Below, in pieces: positions 15,560 through 29,965 of a DNA stretch of 64,000 nt. This stretch comes from the human T2T-CHM13v2.0 reference genome, Homo sapiens. Where the stretch lies: the NCBI RefSeq assembly GCF_009914755.1, contig NC_060927.1; one strand, written 5' to 3'. Both the position numbers and the translations under genes were made by a program. The notes under the pieces are model-generated. The model did not search any database. It worked only from the letters and a program-made list of their open reading frames with translations, and was not told the origin of the DNA. The first letter of the stretch is position 1; each line of letters begins with the position of its first letter.

Positions 15560-16960
15560 CTTTTCATATTAGATTCACTTCATTTGGTTATAGCCTTCTT
15601 AGGGCTCTGGTTATTCACAACTTCTGGGTGTCATTACAAGAGAAAGGTTAGTGAAAGTAAATATAGGGTCTCAGTGCTCTAGTTGGTCCACATTCCTTAA
15701 CAGATATTCATTACCTTGGTATTCTACTGGTTCCCTCTTCCACTTAGCTGGCACTTCTGCTAATTCCAATGGCTTGTCTGTTGAGTTGGACCAAATCCTC
15801 ATTCCCAAAGTGTTTAAAGACCAAGTTAGAATGTAATTATCAATTTATAGGATCTGTTCTTGTTCATTTACTAATAAAAATTTTTATGGAAGAATAAAAA
15901 TTACCTCAAGGGATCACTTGAATGTCATACATAATGTCAACTGCGCCATAATGTAGAAGCAATACAAACGCAATACAAACTCTTTATAATGATCAGGGTA
16001 ATTTAATTCTGCCAGACTGGTAGGCCATTGCTCTAATTTCTGTCCTACTGGCATGGGGAGCCGAATGCGATCAGGCAGTAGCAAAGTTTGTTTTGTGGGT
16101 GTCTTCTCTCTGATCCTTGATATAAGCTTTCTCTCTCTCTGAAAACCTGGGACCCTAGATTAATGCACCTGGAATTGCAGAGATGGGAAGCACATATACT
16201 TCTCCAGAGTCACTGGGGCCACTCCAGTTACCTCTTGGTTCCTGTTTCCTATATTTTGGAACAGGATTACATTGACAACACAGTATTACATAATGACCAC
16301 TGTTTTAGGATATTGCTAAACCCTCAACACATTTTGTTCAGAGTATTATTTTCAAGCTGTCACCTCAACTATATCTTCCAGAGGCTGTTCATCATAAGGC
16401 TGGCAGCTTCTAGAATACTGCACTATGTAGTAGAGTCAATAATTCCCATGTTTATGTTTTCAATGCCATACTTGCTTTAGTGTGAAGTAATATTATTCAA
16501 GAACTCATATCATTTGAAGAGATATTTTATGAGTCCTTGCAAATTAGTGTTTGCTGAGACACTGTAGGAAGCAGAGGTATATAATAACTGCAATATATAT
16601 CAACTCACATATTTATATGATGTATTTCAAAAGATTCAAGTATTCTTTATTCCTCATTGTGTAACTACCAAAATAAATAGAATAATTAACCACAATGACT
16701 TTAAGTCCCTTTCTGGAAAAAGTCAGGTAATTTATACTGTATACAATTGCTATAGTGTTGTGGAGAACTTTTTCATGGGTAGCTGGGGTGTCTCTTTTTA
16801 TGGGTATATTCTGAATCTGAGAATTGATGCAGGTTTTCAAACTGAGCAAAGGACTGTAAATTTTCATTAGAGAAGATAGAACCTTCTGCTCATCCATTCT
16901 TCATCTCATCTGATTATAAATATTAAACAATACTCCTGTTTTTACCCCCATCTGCTTGTC
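15560..16960 (-). mobile_element. Ancient ERVL-class internal fragment (integrase/3' pol plus gag-pro region)
   Basis: Reverse complement near 16450-16340 resembles the HERV-L integrase HGIHW...EAAGL segment; near 15790 GGAATGAGGATTTGG resembles ERVL GMKVWV; 16700-16960 resembles the ERVL gag-pro junction. Confidence 0.6.
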
Positions 16961-18874
16961 CGCTTAAAAAAATTAGCCATATTCACAGATTTCCTGAAGA
17001 CCAAGTTACCATGAGTAACATGTTGAACATTTTGTTTTCATGGTAATTATTTCTATCTTACTTTTGATGCTTAGCTGTCAGTTGGATGGAGAGATTGAGG
17101 AGCACTGAGGGAAAATAAGATCTTTTTTAGGAAGTCAAGGAGCCTTTATGCTATCTGAAACTTAAGAAATTAACAGATTATTCAGTCTTGGAAATTTAAT
17201 TAACAGGATTTCTCTCAAGAATAAAAACAAGTTAGTAAAGAGGTTACTTGAAATCTTTATTGAGTTTATATTTTCAGTTGAGTGAGAGGTATTGTTATAT
17301 ACTGTGGAAACACGCTGAAAATTTCATGTAAAGTATTTTTATTTTCTATTTTGGTTCATTACCATTTATAAATAATTTTTTCTTAAGTAGTTTACAGTAT
17401 CTTATAAACCATACACATACACAAATATCTGTCTAAGAGAGAAAGATAAATAAGCCAGTAGTTTATATGTTTCATGAGTAATGTCATATTCTGATACCTG
17501 AGAAAATACCATTATTAAAGTTATTTATAACAAATTATTTTATCTCTATAGAAGTTGTAATTTTTAAACTTTTAAATAGAAAAATAATGTTTATATTTAT
17601 GTGGAAATGATACATCGATAGCGTAAATATTGTGTTTTACTATGTAAGTCCTTAAAAGCAAATGTAGTCAAACACTTTAGCTTCAGGTCATGTTTGCAAA
17701 AATATTTGCATTTTTCATTATGTAGGTTTTTGAATTTTCAAGTATCAGGTTGTCACTATTCAAATGTTTTCTCTATGCAAAAAAAAAAATTTCTTATTTT
17801 TCTCCTTCATATTGCTAAGGTTTTTACACTCCAAAGATAAAATTTCAATAGGCAGAATATGTCTGTCAACTGAAAGTTATACATTAGATTTGAATCTGAA
17901 TTTAAAAATCCGTACGACTTGTTAGGCAAAAGCCTGTTAGATCTCTGTTTCTGTAGAAGATAAAGGAAAATGAGAAGGAATATATATATACAGAATAAAG
18001 TTTAGTCTAATAATTCATTTCTCCAGTTTGAATTTTTAAAAATATGCCTGGCAAGCTATTGAAAAACATGCATATACTTGTTTCAGAGTTATCTTAGAAT
18101 TAGCTATCTGTTTTCACTGTTAGAGGGTGAATATAAGCAAATTCATGCAAAATATGGTGCAGATAGCATCATATAGACATATATACATATATAATAGTCT
18201 CTCATTAAATGTAAGTTTTATTTAAATTTAAATTTTACTCTTTATTTAAGATCTAGATTTATGAGCATTTAAATAGTTATTGTTATTCATAAAATGTGTG
18301 CTTCCTAATGAAAAGAAAACCAAATTTGGGGGAAAAGATAAAAAGCAAATTCTAACATAGCATTTAAATTCATGAGGTATAGAAATGGAGAAATGATGAT
18401 GATTGATGATAAACTATGAGACGGAAAGAAATTACTAAGCCCTAGAAATCTAATTCTAAAATTATACAACAGTAGTAAAGGGAAAAAAGATTTTCAAGGT
18501 TACGGCATTCCAAAGTTTTATTAAAGAAAAGTGTAGTGGATTATATTACCAAAAATTACTTTTTAGATATCAAAATGCACTTGAAGTAGATTCATACATA
18601 TTTATTTTATATTGAAATTTAAATATGTCATTCATGGAAAGCAGTTATATATCTGCTGAAAAAGCTAGGAAAAGTCAAATGTTGCAATCTGTCAGGTCTT
18701 TCAAACAGGTACTAGAAACAACAACTTTAAACAAGGGTAACCTATGGAGATTCTCCACTGAGAGAAGATACAGTTGCTTCTTACATTTCATTCATTCCTA
18801 AGGCCTTCCAACAAGCAGAAATCACACACCGTTGTGGAGGTCTATTAATTTAGATTGAGCAGAGGACTTTAGTA

Positions 18875-18985
18875 ATGATCTTCTGTAGACTTGGCTTGTG
18901 ATACTGTGGAAGTCATTTCACCTCTCTGGAAATCAGTTTCCTCTTGTGTAAAACCGAAGGTGTTCAACTAAATGACCTCAAATGT
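18875..18985 (+). mobile_element. MIR fragment
   Basis: GGAAGTCATTTCACCTCTCTGGAAATCAGTTTCCTCTTGTGTAAAA core. Confidence 0.7.
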
Positions 18986-19270
18986 GGGCATAATATTAAA
19001 AAATTATACTAAATATATGAGAAAGCTTCTGAAGCGTACGAAAAAAATTCAAACTATTGGTGTGAAAAACTTTACTGTAAATGTCTTCTAAAAAGTGAAA
19101 TGCAATATTGAACTTACTTAACATGTGGACAGTTCATCTAATGCTTGACCAAATGATCCTGAATACCTTGTATATCCTTACAGACTAAATGGTGCTAGAG
19201 GTTACATGGGGTCCATTCTCCATGCAGGTAAATCTTTGCTCTCTAAAACTATCTCCGATATTGGAACACG

Positions 19271-19724
19271 TGTGTCTGGAATTTATTCCTTCTGGTGGGT
19301 TCTTGGTCTCACTGACCTCAAGAATGAAGCCGTGGACCTTCGTGGTGAGTGTTACAGCTCATAAAGGTAGTGCAGACCCAAAGAGTGAGCAGCAGTAAGA
19401 TTTATTGTGAAGAGCAAAAGGACGAAGCTTCTGCAGCGTGGAAGGGGACCCGAGCAGGTTGCTGCTGCTGGTTGGGGTGGCCAGCTTTTATTCCCTTATT
19501 TGGCCCTGTCCATGTTCTGCTGATTGGTCCATTTTACAGAGCGCTGATTGGTGCATTTTTACAGAGTGCTGATTGGTGCATTTACAATCCTTTAGCTATA
19601 CACAGAGTGCTGAATGCTGTGTTTTTACAGAGTGCTGATTGGTACATTTACAATCCTCTAGCTAGACAGAAAAGTTCTCCAAGTCCCCACTCGACCCAGG
19701 AAATCCAGCTGGCTTCACCTCTCA
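19271..19724 (-). mobile_element. LTR12 (short, LTR12F-like) ERV9 solo LTR
   Basis: Termini TGTGTCTGGAATT / GCTGGCTTCACCTCTCA; GAATGAAGCCGTGGACCTTCGTGGTGAGTGTTACAGCTC; tandem CAGAGTGCTGATTGGTGCATTT repeats. Confidence 0.92.
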
Positions 19725-20139
19725 CTTGGACCAGAACCAGGCTGTCATACTTATCAGTTTGCAAGCCTTTTTTTTTTTTTTTTATCATTTATCTGTGTTT
19801 GTTCACTAGATGTGTTACCAAGTAGAGATTATGCCCTTGACTACTATTTGTTTATTCATTATTCTCTATCATATTCTGCTCAAGGCTATAAATAATTTAA
19901 TAAATAAAGTCAAATCACATTACTGTTCCTTCCTCCCCACACAAACATGTATTAATTTACTCTTCTGTGAGCTTATGTTATTTTTATTGCTTAGAATTAC
20001 AAACTCCATACCCATTTAAATTCTGCCCATTCTTAGAAACTCAACACAAACCAGTGTATTACAAGCATGATTATTAGAGGTACACCCACACGTGCATACA
20101 CACAGTCTCTCTCTCTAAATAGAGCACTTTTTATATATT

Positions 20140-21245
20140 TTCTATTTCCTTTATATTCACCCCAACACTTATTATTTAAAATTTTGTCTAGGCTCTTGTT
20201 AAATGATATCTCACATTTGATCTGATTTGCATCATTTTAATACTTATGTTTTGCATTTCTAAACTGCCTAATTCATGTCATTGGATAATTAATACTAAAT
20301 TTCATAATATTTTTCTTATTGGTTTACAAGAGTTTTTCATTTTTTGCTAGTTTTATACATTGTAAATATTATCATACAATCATTAACCTAGAAAAACACA
20401 TCTTACTTTGTGTTTTACCTTTGACATTCAAATCATTATTCTGTGTAATACTTATTTTAAATATGTGCACTCAGTGATGTTCATTTTTACTTTTTATATG
20501 GTGAGTCAATTTCTAAGCATTATCTTCCAAATAACCCTATTTTTCTGTGATTTGTTTTTAAAATTTTACTATAAAATTTATTTCAAATATAAACCATAAT
20601 GCAATGTACTTCTTTGTACTTATTACCTAGCTTTAATAATCATCAATGCATGAACACATTTTTATATATAACCCTCAAATACTCAACCACGTCTTCATCC
20701 CCTCTTGATCCTAAGACAAACATAAATCTTATGTCACTTCATCGACAGTGAGTAATCATTAATATATATTTCTAAGATATAGGTTTCTATAAACCTTAAC
20801 ATAATCTAATATTGATTTGTTATTTATATTTTCTCAAATATACATTTTTGGTGCTTTCCAATGTTTGATAAATCCAGATAAGAAATCCCTGTGTCTTACA
20901 TTTGATTAATATATTGCTTAAATCCTTTAATATCTGTAATATAATTTTTGAAAAAATCAGGTCATTGATTCTGTAGACTTTCCTGACTCTGGATTTTATT
21001 TTATACAACACCATTTAATATATTCTTCTATCCCTTGTATTTCTTATACAATGGTAGTTAAGTTTACAGCCTTCATCATACGAGGTTCAATTTCGGTAAG
21101 AATACTGCTTAGGCAGTGATGTGTACTTCCTATTGTATATCACCAGCAGGCAAAATATATTTATCTTTTTATAATGTGAAGATAAATCACTGTCGTAAAT
21201 CTCAGCCATATGTTATAAAATTCCCTACTACTACATTTTTCTCTA
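20140..21245 (-). mobile_element. Old L1 (L1ME/L1MC4-5) 3' fragments
   Basis: GGTAAGAATACTGCTTAGGCAGTGATGTGTACTTCCTATTG and CCTTGTATTTCTTATACAATGGTAGTTAAG resemble the L1MC4/5 3' UTR. Confidence 0.55.
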
Positions 21246-21399
21246 ATGGATAAGTTAAATATATACTCAAAAGCATGACCCTCACACCTTACTTAAGATG
21301 CACACAAAGAATAGAAAGAAAGAAGAGACTAAAGGGAGGGCAAACATAATGTGTTAAATCTAAAACATATATTAAGAGATGTGAACATGTCCACTCAAT

Positions 21400-21846
21400 A
21401 AACAAGAAGACTTCAGGGTTCAGGAGAGTTGTATTAAAGAAGGGAATGACTATACCAGACTTAGAACAAACCATGGGCTCCCAAGTCTCTTAAGGAAGGG
21501 AAAAGTCTACAAAAGTTACTTCGTCTTCAGAAAAGGTATATTAACCAAAAGTCACATTTAGATGTGGCCAAGAAGATTATTGGAGACTTAGGCCATCCAA
21601 GAACATGTAAACAGTGTTCATCAAGAAGAATGGATTTAAAACTCTCTCCCTGAGATCAGGATTTAGGCCTCATCAAAGAATACATTCAATTCCCATGGTA
21701 GCTGACTCTCATAATGTCTGGCCAGAAGAATTTCTTACTTTCCATAGACCAGTGACTGTGGACTGCTGTATCTTACTGTATATCTCTTTCTTAATGTGGG
21801 ATATTTATTCTGGTAGCCTGTGTCTGTTTTACTGAAACTGCATGCT

Positions 21847-21848
<2 letters not shown>
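21400..21848 (+). mobile_element. MaLR (MLT1-int-like) internal fragment
   Basis: ACCAGTGACTGTGGACTGCTG...AATGTGGGATATTTATTCTGGTAGCCTGTG resembles the 3' part of MaLR internal sequence. Confidence 0.5.
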
Positions 21849-21880
<32 letters not shown>

Positions 21881-21922
21881 ATGTGTGCGGGTGTGTGAGA
21901 GAGAGAGAGAGTGTGTGTGTGT
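21849..21922. repeat. Compound (GT)15/(GA)n/(GT)n microsatellite
   Basis: Read directly. Confidence 0.95.
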
Positions 21923-22529
21923 GCACGACGCGCATATGAAAAAGAAAAAGAAGGAGGGAGGAAAACATATTTTAATGATTGGACGGCTGAATATTAAACT
22001 GAAGTTTCATTTCATCTTTTATAAAACAAAAGTAAGGCTATCATTTGTGTCCTTTCAATACAAAGTCTTATAGATTTTTCCAGTTCTGTATAATTTCTGA
22101 GATGATATTCTCTCCTTTACTATGTCTATTCCTTTCTTCTGGAACATGTGTTACATATATGTGGGGTGTCTGGGTTGAATTCCCATAAGTTCTATCTTCT
22201 CATGCTTTTATCATTCTGCCTTACTGCTGTACTTATTAAGCAGGCCATTACTTTATCTTCCAGATAAGCTTTGCCATAAATGTTTTTTACTTGGTTCATA
22301 CATTGAATTTTTTAAAAAAAATCAACTGTCATAATTGTATGTTTAAAACATTCTCTTATTGTAGCTTTCTTGATGGCAGGCTATTATTATTGATGTTTGC
22401 AATAACAGCTCAAATCTTTCTAAAGAATCTAAATAGAGTGACAAACTGCCTTCAATTTTTAAAATAATTTTTGAACTGTTTCTTTTAAACAATTATAGAC
22501 TCAAAAGAAATTATTCAGGCTTGTACAAC

Positions 22530-23618
22530 AGTAATCTCTAGGTCCCCAGAATCAGACTCTGAATGAAGGTTACCATATCCCAGTGAAAGATATTAATTAG
22601 GGTGTCCTTTGGATCCTCATCTGTAGAAGGGAGGGAGCAGAAGTAAGTTGGAGCAGAGGGACAAATTGAGCTGTGAGGCAATCACAATGAGTATCTCAGA
22701 TGCACAGGTTCCTTGAAGCTGGGACACTGCCTTAAGAGTTGTCAGGAATGGTTTCATGCGTACTGTAGCACTATTCACAATAGGTAAGATAAGGAATCAT
22801 TCTAAGTCTCCGTCAATATATGAATGGATAAAGAAAACATGATATATCTACATAATAGAATATTATTCATAAGTAAAAAGAATGAAATCATTACATTTGC
22901 AGCAACATAGATAGAACTAGAGGTTGTTAGTTAAACGAAATAATCTAGGCACAGATACACAAATCTTAAATGCTTTCACTCACATGTGGGAGCTAGAAGA
23001 GTTGATCTCATAGAGGAAGAAAGTAGAGTGGTGGCTACCAGAAGCTTGGAAGCGTAGAGTGAAGAGGAGATAAAGAGAGGTTGGTTAATGGATACAAAAA
23101 TAGTTTGATGAAAGCAGTAAATTCTTGTATTCCGTAGTACAGCGGGGTGACTATAGTTGACAATAATATATTGTATATTTCAATATAGCTAGAAGAAAGA
23201 TTTGAAATATACCCAACAAAAAGAAACGATAAGTTTTTTAGGTCACGAATAGCCCAATCACCCTGATTTGATCACTAGGTATTGAATGTATGTACCAAAA
23301 TTTCGCATGTATCTCAGAAATATGTGCAATCATTATGTATTAATAAAAAATTAATAAGAAATGACATTTCCTGAAAGGGAGCAAGAAGCCCAGATTTTCA
23401 TAGTCTCACTTTAAGTGAGTGGATGAAGGCAGTCTCTAAAAAAGGTATGAACTTGGATATGGAAGTTTTCGTTTGCTTGTTGTTTTTCTTTTTTACTGAG
23501 GCAACTCCTAGTGAGAGTTGAGAGCTGAGTACCATCTCCCAGCATCATTCACAGTAATTTGCGAAATAAGTATTCTATTCATAAAGAGCGATCACAGAAT
23601 ATCACAACATCCATTACA
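22530..23618 (-). mobile_element. LTR16C-like ERVL LTR, split by an L1MA insertion
   Basis: Left piece GGTCCCCAGAATCAGACTCTGA...GAGTTGTC (22530-22750); right piece GAGCAAG...CACAACATCCATTACA (~23367-23618) continues the same consensus. Confidence 0.7.
22755..23350 (+). mobile_element. L1MA (L1MA5-8 type) 3' end
   Basis: GCACTATTCACAATAG..GAATGGATAAAGAAAA..GTTGATCTCATAGAGG..CCCTGATTTGATCA..AATAAAAAA. Confidence 0.88.
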
Positions 23619-23924
23619 TCAGCCAATTGTATCCTGAAATCAGATCTTGTTTATAATACCTTACCACATTGATCAAACAGCAATCAGAAGAGTATCCACA
23701 TTCTAATCTTCAGCTACTTTACCTAAAACCATTATTTTTTTTTCAAAATGAGGCCCATGATAAGCTTCCCAAGTTGGAGCAAGTAACAGTTTTGTTAAAT
23801 GCTTTGTCGCTTCATAAAATCAGTTTCTCATTTTCCTGAGCGCTGATAATAATTTCCTCACTTCCTACGAAGCAACAAGCCAAACAATATTGTGTATATA
23901 TATGTTTGCAAAATCACCTTGCAG

Positions 23925-24310
23925 TTGCCAATTACTATCTCATTATCTAAGTTATGCCATAAAAATAAACATCCCCAAAACACAGCGGCATATATAAAAG
24001 GTTTTTTTCTTGCTCAAGCTCCATATGTTTGGAGATCAGCTGGCAGCTGTGCTCCACAGTGTTCTTAATCCAGAAAAGAAACTACGCAGAGTGGCCACCA
24101 TCTGAAACATTGCCTGGCAGAAGGAAAAACAGTGTGAAAAATTGCTCAGTTACTCTTAAAAATAATCCATTCAAATGTTACATATATCATTTTAAATTCA
24201 ATTTCCACTAAATCATTTGCCCACAATTAACTTCAAAGGGTTGGGAATACACAGTTATGTGAACAGGAAGAAACATAAACTATTTGATAAACTAAACTAA
24301 AAATTACCAA
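23925..24310 (-). mobile_element. Old MLT1 (J/K/L-type) LTR fragment
   Basis: ATAAACATCCCCAAAACACAGCGGC..TTCTTGCTCA..CCACCATCTGAAACATTGC..TTAACTTCAAAGGG. Confidence 0.55.
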
Positions 24311-24349
24311 AGCTCACATCTATGTATTATTTCAGGGAAAAATTACTTC

Positions 24350-25830
<1,481 letters not shown>

Positions 25831-28392
25831 TTTGATTTTATGAGCATGTATTCATTTTAATCTATAAAAACAATATAAGAAGAGTGTGACTAGCTCCATA
25901 ATAGGTGTAAAAGTTTCTGTAATTTGAGTCATTATCACCTCCAAAGTATTAAAGTGCCAAGGACAGAGATTAATGCCATCTGCTTTCATTTTAAGGGCTT
26001 GCTAATATCAGTGATTCATGAAAATGTAACAAATATTAGTAACTTTTTGCAATGAGAAGAAGAATGGTTGAGTAGAGGATGATATACTATAATTTTGTAG
26101 GGCATTATGGCTAATAAAATTATGTGTGGAGAAGTATATGGGTTAGAATCAGAATATTACCTACCACGGGTCTTGGTTATTGAAATTTTTTCCTTGTTTT
26201 TTCTCTGTTTACTACACATATTTGATATGGGGGTCTCATGTCATTGACTTTTGCTTAAGATAAAATATATTAATAAGCCTTGACCAAGTAATTTTGTCAT
26301 TCTGTAGAATAGTAATCAACTTCAATTGTACTTAATAAAACATTTCCCACCTCTTCAATTTATCCCCTTTGTAAAGCCTATTCCTTACATTGATGAATCA
26401 AAACACCACAAATAAAATTAACCAGTGTCCAAGAGGTTCAGACTATTCTCATAAACATGAAGGGTTTAATTAAAAATAAAATATAATTTGAAAAGTAGGA
26501 TTGCATTTCTTTCTTGCACCTAGAAATAAGCCAAATTGCACATTTTAAAGAAACTGACAGAAATGAAGCAGTTTCTATTAGTGACTAAACCCACAAAGAT
26601 TGTAAACTTCTTAAATATAAAACATAACTGCAATAACATTTTTCTTTTTTCTGTACATACATAATAATTAATTCAGTTTAAATATCTGATGAATATAATT
26701 TGAAATGGAATATTAATTCTAAAGTTCTATAGTAATAAACATAGAATCTTTGCTTCCTGAGCTCTTGCTTTTCTCAAGCCAATTCAACATCCTTAAGTCT
26801 GAGAGTTTGCAGGTTTTCCTTCACAGCCTGTCTAGATGTTAGTCATTGGAATATCAACACACTTATTAATTAGCATTCTAAAATATTATAACTGAAAATA
26901 TTTATCACTGTTGCTGCCTGATCTAATTTAAACAAATAAATTCTAGATTTCAGATTAGTAAATAGTGCAACCATGGACAGAGTGGTTGACAACTTTTACT
27001 TTTACTTAGTTGTTAAATAGAAAACGAGCATCAGTGGCCTTCCATACTAGGGCAGAGCAAAGCATTTTACTTTTGGTAGATGTGTTTTTCTGAAACATGC
27101 ACATGTGACTTTATATTTCATTGCTTGAAATGTATATGACACTCCATTATATAAGTTTTGTTTTCATTCGCTCAATTGGGAAAGGTTCAGTAATGCCCTT
27201 TACTTTTTAGCTGTCTTGCTTAAAGATACATCTTGCAATTAACTTCATAAACTATGATAATGAAAATATAAATAATTCATAAGTATAGTTTGTTTTATCT
27301 ATCATTTCATCATTTTTTCATTCAACAAATTTTTATTGAGAATAAAGTCCTTATCAAGGACTGTTGTTTTTCGGGCTTCTTTCAGAAGTTGGTCAGATGA
27401 ATGCTATTTTATACTTGAGCACAGAATAAAATCCCCCTCTACCTTCTCTGCCAGAATTGCTTTGCAGTCAGCAGGGAAGAGGTAGAAAGTGACACTCAGG
27501 CTGAATGAAAGGGCATTTGAATCTGTCCTGGGAATATATAGTTTAAAGAGGTTACAGTATTTATTCAGTAAAACACTAAATATTGATCATTATTTTTAGA
27601 TTTCCCTAGCTATTGGCATACCAGGTTGTCCTACCACAAAGTTGTTGTTTCTTTAAAATCAATATATTATTTGAGATACTCTTTCTCTTTTGTAAAAAAG
27701 TAACTACAATATACTGAAGCTACAATACAATTTCCATGAGCTAGGTAGAAAAGCTCTTTGTGAAGGCCACTTAAAAAACATACACGTATTAATATGATTC
27801 AGTGACTGTCAAATTTAAATTAACACACATTCAGATTCAACCAATAAGGGTAGAGTGGTAATATTTATAACATTTTTTGGCAGTTTTTCAACCTTTATTT
27901 AATTCCTACTTCACTTTGTATTACATTGTATATGGCAAAGATTCAAAGCTTGAATTCAACTCTAAGGATAATTTATATCTCATTTTCCTCAAAGGAAAAT
28001 AGTAACATACTTCATTAAAAAACATAGAACTATATTTATATATTTAAATAAATAACATAAGTTTTCTATAGAAATGTAAATTACCAAAATTAATACAAGA
28101 AAGCATAGAATATCTATAGACTAATAAAAATAAAATCTTTTTGCTATTTAACTTGTTTTATCTGTACAGAAAGAAAAGATTTTCTTACCTTTAAAACATT
28201 TATTAAATATACATTTTAACAGTTTTTGAAATAATTATAGTTTATAGGAAATCAAATCCATTTTTATATTCATGTTTTTGTAAAGTTTAATAGATTTCAA
28301 ATCTATTTTTTACATTCTATTTGAGATAATTATGTAAAGGTAAGTCATCTTTTTATCTAAAGATATACATTACACACACAGTCACATATCTA

Positions 28393-28455
28393 TGTGTGTA
28401 GATGTTTATGTATGTGTGTATATATATACCTGTGTGTGTGTGTGTGTGTGTATAC

Positions 28456-28508
<53 letters not shown>

Positions 28509-28545
28509 GAGAGCAGGAGAAGAGAGAATGAGAAAAAGAGAGGGA
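28393..28545. repeat. Compound microsatellite (TG)10-(TA)n-(GA)16 with purine-rich tail
   Basis: Read directly at 28431-28504, with degenerate flanks. Confidence 0.95.
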
Positions 28546-29814
28546 GATTCACTTCTTTATTTAATATGAAATTGAGAAAATATGATTAACTTTATACTAT
28601 TTCTGAAATGAGAAGACATTTTAATATGGTCAGAGCTTGTATTGAGTTGCTGACAATATTCTTTTCTATATTCAATAATGCTGAAAATCTCAGAATTGCC
28701 TCAGTACCAGTTGGCAGTGTATACATTTCCAAATCCTGTTACACCCCTTTACTAAATCAAGAAATGTAAACAGGACTTAAAGCAAAAGAAAGCACATTTG
28801 AAAACCTTAGAAAATAAACTGACTAAAACCTCAAAGTTACATATTGCTTTTGCATTCCTGCTACTGTTATTTCTAGAATGCAGAACATTTGATTTGTGTG
28901 CACTTAGCAATAAAAATCAACTCTTGAATTTATTTTTGCTGACTTTCTTGTCAAATTTGGGGTCTGGCTTCTTTCTGTATAATAAAACAGCTGCTTACTA
29001 TTTAAGAGAAGATGCACATACATAAAAACATCAAATACGTTCTTCAATTCTTCTACCATAGGCTTAAGATTTAAGTTTGCTGATTGGGTTGCAATCAGCA
29101 CCATTTATTGTTTTCATTGTACTCTCCTCTGTTCCTGCCAATTTTGATAATTTGGTTCTACTGGAATTATCAACTTCAAAGGATTTGTAAAATTCTGTGA
29201 ATAAGAACTTATACTTCTTAATTCCAAATTGTAATTGAAAATCCCATCTGCTCCCTTACTTTTGTTTGGCACCGCGTTTACCGACATTGTCATCTTGTTA
29301 TGTCTCCCGACTGGATGAACACAGAACTCATTATCAAGTGTGTGATGTATTTTAAAAGTAGATACCTGCCTCTTCTACATCTCTATTCTTCATCTCACCA
29401 TCTCTTGGTTATCATCTCTTATAGAGGAGCCCATATCTAGGTTTTGTGGGAGCCGCGTATTTTCTTTAAATGTTGGTATAACCATCTGAAAATACAAGTT
29501 TAGATTTAAAAGAGAATATATCAGAAGTCACATCCTCCTCTTTCTTCTCCTCTTTCCTTTGCTTGTCTCTCCAACACTACCCTCGCTGTAGGAATGGTGA
29601 GTTACAGCACAACTACTATCCTTTCCTTCTTATTAACATTTATTGAATCTTTTAGCACATTTTGTGTTTGTTTTTTTCTCTCACTAGATTAGAGCTTCTT
29701 TGTGTCACAATTCATTTAACTTTGTGTCCTCAGAGTGAAACTAGGAAAGCATGTTTATTGTGTGTCTGAAATAGGCCAGACTTAATCATAGATACTAGAC
29801 CTATCATTTTGTTT

Positions 29815-29965
29815 CATGTTTACAATACCCTGGTGAATTTATATATATTCCATTTTGCAAAAGAGAAACATGAAGCTAACATAGATTAAATAATTTTACC
29901 AAGGCTCAGAAACAGTAGGACCTAGATTCGGGGTTATGATCCAGGCTTTTTGAACTCAAAGCTTT
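29815..29965 (-). mobile_element. MIR fragment
   Basis: ATTCCATTTTGCAAAAGAGAAACATGAAGCT..ATTAAATAATTTTACCAAGG core. Confidence 0.6.

Noticed and set aside
19515-19665. Spaced direct repeats superficially like a CRISPR array
   Set aside because: Primate DNA; these are the known LTR12 U3 tandem repeats, with no unique spacers and no cas genes.
19349-19825. 158-aa ORF with internal repeats
   Set aside because: Antisense translation of the LTR12 tandem CCAAT repeats.
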